A DNA stretch of 24,000 nt. Source: Acidimicrobiales bacterium. Lineage in GTDB: Bacteria > Actinomycetota > Acidimicrobiia > Acidimicrobiales > Iamiaceae. Location: the NCBI GenBank assembly GCA_038241315.1, contig JBBRFU010000027.1, forward strand, positions 1 to 24,000, in the 5' to 3' direction. The notes beneath the pieces are model-generated. The model worked only from the letters and a program-made list of their open reading frames with translations, did not search any database and was not told the DNA's origin. Shown in pieces: positions 6,962-15,760 of the stretch. Position numbers and translations under genes: made by a program. Within the stretch, counting starts at the first letter, position 1; each line of letters starts with the position of its first letter.

Positions 6962-7426
6962 CTACCAGTCGACCGCTTCCAGGTCTGTCGTCCACTGGAT
7001 GCCGGCCCACTCGCTGACGGCGTCGGTCGACCCCACCATCACCGCCGAGTGACGCTGCGACGCCGTGGGGATCTCGACCCGCCGAAGACCGTCCTCGGAA
7101 CGGCACGAACCGGTGGCCTCCGTGGCCGCGATGCAGACCGTCACCGCCGGCAGGGGTTGTCGGTCGGATGCGGTCTTGATGAAGTCGAGCGTGAGGTCGG
7201 ACGTCTGGCGATCGGTGCTGCCTCCAGCCGACAGGTAGCGCCAGCCCTTTGGCAGGGTCACCGGCGCGAGGGTCGTCGGCGCCTCGCGTCCCCACCCGTC
7301 CTGCACCGCACGCACCTGTGCCTCGAGCACCGCAGACGACGACTCGTCCGCAGGGTCGGAGCTGCACGCCGCGATCAGCACCAGCGCCGACGCCGCGCCT
7401 GCCCATCTCGTCCGCCGGCTCGCCAT
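6962..7426 (-). CDS. putative lipoprotein, function unknown
   Basis: Internal ATG at 7426..7424 with AGGA ~9 nt upstream. The signal MASRRTRWAGAASALVLIAAC carries the classical lipobox LIAAC. 154 aa. The longer 227-aa ORF prefix is P/R-rich and implausible. Confidence 0.7.
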   Translation of the reverse strand: MASRRTRWAGAASALVLIAACSSDPADESSSAVLEAQVRAVQDGWGREAPTTLAPVTLPKGWRYLSAGGSTDRQTSDLTLDFIKTASDRQPLPAVTVCIAATEATGSCRSEDGLRRVEIPTASQRHSAVMVGSTDAVSEWAGIQWTTDLEAVDW

Positions 7427-7536
7427 CCGCACATCCTGCCGCGTTCCAGAGGGTCCGGGACGCTTCCGGAGCGAGAGGAAGATCGGGCCGCGGGGAAGTG
7501 CCGCAGGGGCGCCCCCACGTCGCACCTCTCCCGGCG

Positions 7537-8706
7537 TCAGGGGGCGCCGCCGGTGGGTGGGTCGGTGCGGCCGGGGCGTTGGCGGTTGTGGGTGGGGCAG
7601 AGGAGGCGGCCGTTGTCTTGGCTGGTGGGGCCGCCGTCGGTCCATTCGATGATGTGGTCGACGTGGCAGTGCTCGGCGGGGACGCGGCAGCCGGGGTGGG
7701 TGCAGTGGCGGTCGCGGAGCTCGATGGCTCGGCGAAGGGCGCCGGTGAAGCAGCGTTGCTCGGAGACGTCGATGACCCTCGACGGGGTGTCGAACACGAC
7801 GCGTTCGATGTCGGCCTCGTCGAGGACCGAGGCGACCTGGCCGGGGGTGAGGACGGTGCCGTCGGCGAGCTCGCAGACGCGTCCTTTGAAGGTCTCGTAA
7901 CCGACGAGGACCGAGAGCAGGACCCGGCCCTTGCGGGCGTCGGGGGGCATGGCGGCGGAGCGGCGGGCCATCTCGACCATGGCCGCGGCGCGACGTCGCT
8001 CGGCGCTGCGGGCCAGGTCCGACGCGGTGGCGGCGTCGCCGAGCCGTTCACGAGCCTCGGCCCAGTCGGCTCGGAACAGCTCCTGTTCGAGGCGGAGCAG
8101 CTCGTTGCGGTAGATGGCGCCGCCGACGGTGTCGAGCAGGGCGCGGACGTCGACCCGGTCGCCGAGGGTGGTCACGGCTCTCGCGAAGCACTTCCCGTCC
8201 TTGCGGCGGGCCCGGTCCTCGCTGGCCTGGTCGTCAGCGGCGTTGGTCCACTGCTTGACGATCCGGGCGAAGTCGTCGTGGTGGAGCTGTCGGCCCGACT
8301 CGACGAGGTGCGCCTCGCCCTCGGCGAAGGCGGCCTCGTTCGGGGGCCGGTTCGCCCGGCACAGGGCGTCGACGGCGTCGATCGAGAGCTCCCCGGCCTC
8401 GAACGCCGCTCGGGTGAGGGGCATGGTGCGCAGCCTGCGGGCCCGGCGCACCTCGGCGCCGGCCCGCTCGGGCGCGCACCGTGCCTCGCGGGCCAGGCGC
8501 GCCGCGCCGGAGCGGGAACGGTCCTGGGCCCACACCGTGCGGGCATCCCACACCGACACGAACCGGGCCCGGGCCGCGGCGAGGCGAGCCTCGAGGCGGG
8601 CCATCTCGACCACGACCTCGTGCAGCGAGGCGTCGTCGAGGTCGCCCGGCTCGGTGGCCAGCAGTGCGTCGATCGCCGCCGCGACCTGCATCTCCATGCC
8701 TTCCAT
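7537..8706 (-). CDS. DUF222-domain HNH endonuclease (13E12-repeat-like family)
   Basis: ATG at 8706 (MEGMEMQVAAAIDAL...). The N-terminal DUF222-like helical region is followed by a C-terminal HNH motif, HCTHPGC...HCHVDHIIEW...GPT...N...LCPTHN. Only the last 389 codons of the 818-aa track ORF look coding. Confidence 0.9.
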   Translation of the reverse strand: MEGMEMQVAAAIDALLATEPGDLDDASLHEVVVEMARLEARLAAARARFVSVWDARTVWAQDRSRSGAARLAREARCAPERAGAEVRRARRLRTMPLTRAAFEAGELSIDAVDALCRANRPPNEAAFAEGEAHLVESGRQLHHDDFARIVKQWTNAADDQASEDRARRKDGKCFARAVTTLGDRVDVRALLDTVGGAIYRNELLRLEQELFRADWAEARERLGDAATASDLARSAERRRAAAMVEMARRSAAMPPDARKGRVLLSVLVGYETFKGRVCELADGTVLTPGQVASVLDEADIERVVFDTPSRVIDVSEQRCFTGALRRAIELRDRHCTHPGCRVPAEHCHVDHIIEWTDGGPTSQDNGRLLCPTHNRQRPGRTDPPTGGAP

Positions 8707-8874
8707 CGTACACCAGTTCGATCCGAGATGCGACGAAGAAGTAGCGGACGCCGTCCGCCCGTTCGGCTCCCGATGCCCCCAGTCCGCCGGAGTCGCCGCC
8801 TGGCCTCGTGACCGACGGGTGCTCGGCCGGCCGAGCCGCCCCACCAGCGTCGCGCTCGTCGGAGACCTCCGCTC

Positions 8875-8939
8875 CCGGCCGGCCGGCCGGCCGCGTCGCG
8901 ACTCCTCGTCCGCTCGTCCTCTCGTCCGTCCGTCCGTCC
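8875..8939. repeat. simple-sequence repeats: (CCGG)x4.5 and CTCGTCC x3 merging into (GTCC)x4
   Basis: CCGGCCGGCCGGCCGGCCG at 8875..8893. CTCGTCC at 8905, 8913 and 8921, then GTCCGTCCGTCCGTCC at 8924..8939. All lie inside the 420-bp non-coding spacer between the HNH gene and hpf. Confidence 0.8.
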
Positions 8940-9126
8940 GCCTGGCGGCCGCGTCGTCGGTCGAGCCGGCCGTCGCCCGGTCGACAGACGGGCCCAGCCG
9001 CGGCACTCGACGGGCCTCCCACCTGCGGCGTGGACGTGCCAGCACACTCCGCGGCGAACCGGACACATGGACCTCCGGGGCGGGTCTACGATCCGAAGGA
9101 CATCCCCCAACAGGAGGTCCCATCCG

Positions 9127-9720
9127 GTGCAGGTCACGGTCAGTCGTCGCCACACGGAGGTCTCCGAGAGTCTGCGGGTCATGGCCGAGGAGAAGATCGG
9201 GCGGCTCGCCCGCTTCGTCGACGGCCTGGACCACGCAGAGGTCCACTTCTCGGAGCACAAGAACCCGCGCATCGCCGACAAGGAGGTGTGCGAGGTCACG
9301 ATCGAGGGCCACGGTCACCACGTGCGGTGCAAGGTCCAGGCCCCCGACGGGTTCCAGGCGGTCGACAAGGCCTACGACAAGCTGGAGCACCAGCTCCACA
9401 AGCTCAAGACGAAGCTGCGCCAGCGCTACCAGGGGGCGCCGAAGGCCAAGAAGGGCGTCGACAGCCTCGGCGCCGTGGTGGCCCCGCCCGAGGTGACGCC
9501 CGAGGTGGCGGTCGACGACGAGTCGCTCGACGCCGGCGGGCCCCAGATCGTGAAGTCGAAGCGCTTCGCCATGTTCCCGATGAGCGCCGAGGAGGCGGTG
9601 GAGCGCATGGAGCTCATCGGCCACGGCTTCTTCTTCTTCACCCACATCGAGACCTCTCGTGCCGCGGTCGTGTACCGCCGCGACGACGGCCAGGTCGGCC
9701 TCATCGACGAAGCCGACTGA
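9127..9720 (+). CDS. hpf: ribosome hibernation promoting factor, long form
   Basis: GTG 9127 lies 9 nt after a perfect AGGAGG (9112..9117). The N-terminal S30AE/RaiA domain begins VQVTVSRRHTEVSESLR. The C-terminal dimerisation domain is KSKRFAMFPMSAEEAVERMELIGHGFFFF...VVYRRDDGQVGLI. Confidence 0.92.
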   Translation: MQVTVSRRHTEVSESLRVMAEEKIGRLARFVDGLDHAEVHFSEHKNPRIADKEVCEVTIEGHGHHVRCKVQAPDGFQAVDKAYDKLEHQLHKLKTKLRQRYQGAPKAKKGVDSLGAVVAPPEVTPEVAVDDESLDAGGPQIVKSKRFAMFPMSAEEAVERMELIGHGFFFFTHIETSRAAVVYRRDDGQVGLIDEAD

Positions 9721-9727
9721 CGCGTCG

Positions 9728-10423
9728 TTGCCTCCCCCCAGCGACGTCCCCCCGAGGGGCGCCGTCCTCCGGGTGCTCGTCTGCGACGACCACGTGGTGT
9801 TCCGGCGTGGGCTCGGCCTCGTGCTCGAGGCCGAGCCGGACGTGGAGGTGGTGGGGGAGGCGGCCGACACCGCGGCCGCGATCGCGGCGGCAGCGTCGCT
9901 CCGTCCCGACGTGGTGCTGATGGACCTCCGGATGCCCGGCGGCGGCGGCCTCGAGGCCACCCGCCGCATCTGCGCCGACCGGCCGGAGACCAAGGTCGTC
10001 GTGTTGACGGTGAGCGACGACGACGAGGACCTCTTCGAGGCGGTGAAAGCCGGTGCGGTCGGCTACCTCCTCAAGGAGGTGTCGATCGAGGGCGTCGGCG
10101 ACGCGGTCCGCACCGTGGCCGCCGGCGAGAGCCTGCTGTCGCCGGCCATGACCGCCAAGCTCCTCGGGGGCTACGCCGCGCTGGCCAACCAGGCGGGCGG
10201 TCGGCGCGCCGGCGGCGCGATCGGCGCCCTCACCGAGCGCGAGCACCAGACGCTGCTCGGCCTGGCTCGCGGCCTCTCGAACCGGGCCATCGCCGCCGAG
10301 CTCGGCATCGCCGAGAACACCGTGAAGAACCACGTCCGCGGCGTGCTCGAGAAGCTCAAGGTCTCCAGCCGCACCGAGGCCGCCCTCTACGCCGTGCGCG
10401 AGGGCCTCACCGGCGAGGGCTGA
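9728..10423 (+). CDS. NarL/LuxR-family response regulator (no cognate kinase in window)
   Basis: The receiver domain has CDDH, the phospho-acceptor context VVLMDLRMPG, LTVS and GYLLK. The C-terminal LuxR HTH is LTEREHQTLLGLARGLSNRAIAAELGIAENTVKNHV. TTG 9728 was chosen so that beta-1 (LRVLVCDD) is included. GTG 9773 and GTG 9659 are alternatives. Confidence 0.88.
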   Translation: MPPPSDVPPRGAVLRVLVCDDHVVFRRGLGLVLEAEPDVEVVGEAADTAAAIAAAASLRPDVVLMDLRMPGGGGLEATRRICADRPETKVVVLTVSDDDEDLFEAVKAGAVGYLLKEVSIEGVGDAVRTVAAGESLLSPAMTAKLLGGYAALANQAGGRRAGGAIGALTEREHQTLLGLARGLSNRAIAAELGIAENTVKNHVRGVLEKLKVSSRTEAALYAVREGLTGEG

Positions 10424-10502
10424 CGACGCCGACGGGCCCCGCCGGCGCCGTCTCGGCCGGCCTCGCACCGTCTCGTGCCGGGCGCCCGTGGCGACGGGGT
10501 CC

Positions 10503-11141
10503 TCAGCAGTCGCTCTGGTCCAGGGCGAGATCGAGGGTCCGGGAGCGCCCGAGCGGGCCCTCGATCTCCAGGTGCAGCGTGCCGGGTGGGCTCGTGCAGG
10601 GGGTTCGGTGGAACACCAGCACCCGCTGGGACGCCTGGGGGTCGATGTCGACCGGGCGGAACGGGCGCAGCCCCGGCCCCGGCGCCCCGACGTCGTCGGC
10701 CCCGGCCGGGGCCCCGAGCGACCACAGGGGGCCCGACTCGGCGGTGGAGACGGCCAGGAAGAACCCCACGACCGGCTCCGCTCCGTCGTCGGGGGCGCCA
10801 GCGGTGAACGAGGCGTCGGTGAGCTCGAAGGTCGTCATCCCCTTGTTGTGGAGCTCGACCTCCAGGAAGGATCGGATGACCGTGGTCTCGCCGGTCTCGC
10901 CGGTCTCGCCGGTCTCGCCGGTGTCGCCGGTCTCGCCGGTCTCGCCGGGGAGCGAGCCCGAGCCGCCCACGCCCGAGGTGACCTCGACCCAGGGGTTGAC
11001 GGCGCCGGACACGCGGAGTGCGGTCAGGACGACGAGCACCGCCACGATGACCCCGACGAAGCGGGCGACCGGGTGCCGCGAGCGGGGGCCGAGCCGAGCC
11101 AGGGGCTCGTCGACGAGGGTGTCGCTGGGGGATGGGCTCAC
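10503..11141 (-). CDS. single-pass membrane protein with (GET)n linker and beta-rich ectodomain, unknown family (copy 2)
   Basis: GTG 11141 overlaps the TGA of the upstream GntR gene (GTGA). TM helix FVGVIVAVLVVLTAL, then a G-X-T repeat linker, then a beta-rich Cys-containing domain. Paralog of 6221..6823. Confidence 0.75.
   Translation of the reverse strand: MSPSPSDTLVDEPLARLGPRSRHPVARFVGVIVAVLVVLTALRVSGAVNPWVEVTSGVGGSGSLPGETGETGDTGETGETGETGETTVIRSFLEVELHNKGMTTFELTDASFTAGAPDDGAEPVVGFFLAVSTAESGPLWSLGAPAGADDVGAPGPGLRPFRPVDIDPQASQRVLVFHRTPCTSPPGTLHLEIEGPLGRSRTLDLALDQSDC
10884..10946. repeat. 9-bp tandem repeat GGTCTCGCC x7 (one GGTGTCGCC variant), in-frame, encoding GETGETGDTGETGETGETGET
   Basis: Seven contiguous copies read directly at 10884, 10893, 10902, 10911, 10920 (variant), 10929 and 10938. 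Confidence 0.95.
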
Positions 11142-11542
11142 GAGGACCTCCGGGTGCGGTCGATGTCGGGGTCGAGGGCGGCGAAGGCGGCGCGCACGGC
11201 GGCGACGGCGTCGTCGACCGTGAGGCCGCGGTGGGCGGCCTCCACCGCGAACGCGCTCGCCGTCGAACCGAGGTCGGCCGCGGCGGTCGCCCGGTCGGGC
11301 TCGTGACCCTCGGCCACGAACGTGCCGTGGCGGCCGCGGCTGGTCACCAGGCCCTCGAGCTCGAGCTCCCGGTAGGCCCGGGCCACGGTGTTGACCGCGA
11401 TGCCGAGGTCGTTGGCGAGGTGGCGGATGGTGGGCAGACGGGTGCCGGTGGCCAGCACCCCGCTGCGGACCATGGTGGCGAGCTGCTGTTGGATCTGGGC
11501 GTACGGCGGCGTGGCCGAGTGGGGGTCGACCCGGATGATCAC
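11138..11542 (-). CDS. GntR-family transcriptional regulator, short YtrA-like type (copy 2)
   Basis: GTG 11542 overlaps the TGA of the upstream membrane-protein gene (GTGA). The HTH is PPYAQI...TRLPTIRHLANDLGIAVNTVARAYRELELEGLVTSRGRHGTFV, followed by a short C-terminal tail. 134 aa. Confidence 0.85.
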   Translation of the reverse strand: MIIRVDPHSATPPYAQIQQQLATMVRSGVLATGTRLPTIRHLANDLGIAVNTVARAYRELELEGLVTSRGRHGTFVAEGHEPDRATAAADLGSTASAFAVEAAHRGLTVDDAVAAVRAAFAALDPDIDRTRRSS

Positions 11543-12456
11543 GTCGGCACCGGGTCGGGTGGCCGGTCGGCGAGATCGGACCGGCGCACCCGCCAGGCCC
11601 GGTAGGCGAAGGAGCGCCAGGAGAACAGGGCCAGGACCAGGAACGTGATCGGGAGGACCGAGAAGGCGCCGGGCACGTCGATCCAGGGCACCTCGATCAC
11701 CGCGGCGTGGTTGGCGAGGCCGAGGGTGCAGATCATGGCGGTCCCGGCCCCGGCCACCTGGTGGATGGCGCTCGTCCGTACGGCGTCGTCGGCGGCGAGC
11801 AGATCCGGTTCCAGCACCGCCTGGCGGCGACCGACGATGCGCTGCTCGGCCAGGGCGACGGCTGCGGCCACCAGCGCAGCGGCCAGCACGCGGCCACCGA
11901 GCGACGTCCACGACGGGAGGGGGAAGGTGTCCGGCGCCTCCGCGTGGGTGAGGGCCCGCATCGCGATCGTCGACCCCGCCATCAGCCCGAGCGCGCCGGC
12001 CGGCGCCCACCGGAGCCCGACCGGCAGGTAGTCGGCGAGGCGTCGGGGCGTGAGCGAGGCCGTCGCCGGCGCCGCAGGGGAGGGGGCCACCTGGTGCTGG
12101 GCCCAGAGCGCCCCGACCGCCCAGCCGCCGATCACCCAGGTCCACCACCCGGCGCCCGACGAGGTGTCGACGCCGAAGGCGCGGTCGACGACGTAGCCCA
12201 GGTACATGGCGCCGACGGCTCCGATGCCCCGACAGGTGATGGCGAGCGACACGTAGTAGCGGACGAGCGGGCGGGTCCGGGCCGTCAACCGCACGCCGTG
12301 CGACCGGGCCCAGGAGGTCACCTCGGCCGGCCGGTCGGCCCGGCGGGTGAGGAACGACACGAGCGCGAACGTCAGCAGCGCCCCCCACACCCCGATGCCG
12401 AGGAGCGCCCCGATCGGGTACCCCGCCACCTCACTGCTCGTCCCGATCGCCAGCAC
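11539..12456 (-). CDS. polytopic membrane protein of unknown family (copy 2)
   Basis: Multiple TM helices and high GC3. Paralog of 5216..6211. GTG 12456 is preferred because GGAGG (12469..12465) lies 8 nt upstream. ATG 12480 and the track start at 12522 are alternatives lying inside or beyond the palindrome. Confidence 0.72.
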   Translation of the reverse strand: MLAIGTSSEVAGYPIGALLGIGVWGALLTFALVSFLTRRADRPAEVTSWARSHGVRLTARTRPLVRYYVSLAITCRGIGAVGAMYLGYVVDRAFGVDTSSGAGWWTWVIGGWAVGALWAQHQVAPSPAAPATASLTPRRLADYLPVGLRWAPAGALGLMAGSTIAMRALTHAEAPDTFPLPSWTSLGGRVLAAALVAAAVALAEQRIVGRRQAVLEPDLLAADDAVRTSAIHQVAGAGTAMICTLGLANHAAVIEVPWIDVPGAFSVLPITFLVLALFSWRSFAYRAWRVRRSDLADRPPDPVPT

Positions 12457-12475
12457 CGACGCCGCCTCCCCACCG

Positions 12476-12505
12476 CTCATTGTGTCAATGCATTGATACA
12501 ATGAG
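12476..12505. promoter_or_regulatory. 30-bp near-perfect AT-rich palindrome (candidate GntR operator) containing divergent extended -10 elements (cassette 2 / secA upstream)
   Basis: CTCATTGTGTCAATG | CATTGATACAATGAG, with 14 of 15 arm positions complementary. Internally it reads as two CATTG-N3-CAATG units. TGATACAAT (12494..12502) faces secA on the plus strand. TGACACAAT (12487..12479) faces the membrane-protein operon on the minus strand. Confidence 0.55.
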
Positions 12506-12611
12506 ACAACGACACGCGTCAAGGGCCGAGCGTGGTGCTCGGGCGATCGTCCTGGCGCCCCGTCCGGGCCGACGACCGTTGGGGGGCGGGGGACCTACAC
12601 TCGCGAACCTC

Positions 12612-15329
<2,718 letters not shown>

Positions 15330-15371
15330 GCTGACGGCGCCAGGTGGGTTGGCGACGCCGCCTGAGCAGAC

Positions 15372-15395
15372 GGCGCCGCCTGAGCTGGCGGCGCC
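15372..15395 (+). terminator. GC hairpin downstream of secA (possible intrinsic terminator, no U-tract)
   Basis: GGCGCCGCC-TGAGCT-GGCGGCGCC forms a perfect 9-bp stem with a 6-nt loop, 43 nt after the secA stop. It is the third copy of a repeated GCC(A/G)CCTGAGC motif. Confidence 0.4.
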
Positions 15396-15503
15396 GCCCG
15401 GGGCGAGCGGGTGCCCCGGCGTTCAGGGAGCGGTCAGGAGCTCGGAACCCGACGCGCACCTCGGCGAAACCGGGCCGACCAGGGCCGCCCGTACGGTGAC
15501 GCC

Positions 15504-15713
15504 ATGACCGACGTGAGCAGGATCGACTCGCCCTGGAAGTGGGTCGAGGGCCACCTGGCCCGCCGCCCCCTCCTCCCCTCGGAGAAGCGGACCACGGTCG
15601 GCGGGGTGAAGCGGATGCTCCCCGCGGCTCGCGCCGACATGGGCATGCCCCGCCCCCTGCTGCCCTGGGTGAACCGGGCCGGCAACGACTGGCGGGGCAT
15701 CAAGCCGAGCTGA
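15504..15713 (+). CDS. hypothetical small Trp/Pro/Arg-rich protein (69 aa)
   Basis: ATG 15504. Codon position 3 is almost uniformly G/C across the ORF. The sequence MTDVSRIDSPWKWVEGHLARRPLLPSEKR...LLPWVNRAGNDWRGIKPS has no TM segment and matches no family I recognise. Confidence 0.45.
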   Translation: MTDVSRIDSPWKWVEGHLARRPLLPSEKRTTVGGVKRMLPAARADMGMPRPLLPWVNRAGNDWRGIKPS

Positions 15714-15760
15714 TGCCGACGGCCGGCCCGCGGGCCCGACCGGCGTTGTAGGGGCGCCGC

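Noticed and set aside
9067-9126. Longer N-terminal extensions suggested by the ORF track for hpf (9067) and secA (12480)
   Set aside because: hpf has a perfect AGGAGG 9 nt before GTG 9127, and homologs start at VQVTVS-like sequence. SecA homologs start at M-x-x-L-x-K-LL-R-x-GEG, matching ATG 12612, and the extension would run through the palindrome.
8707-9993. N-terminal 429 codons of the 818-aa ORF 7537..9993 (minus)
   Set aside because: This stretch runs antisense through hpf and the response-regulator start, and the sequence is R/S/P/A-rich. The recognisable DUF222/HNH protein begins at ATG 8706.
10884-10946. Tandem repeats as a possible CRISPR array (also 2340..2369 and 8875..8939)
   Set aside because: The units are 4-9 bp, contiguous and lack spacers. 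One is in-frame inside a CDS. No cas genes are present.
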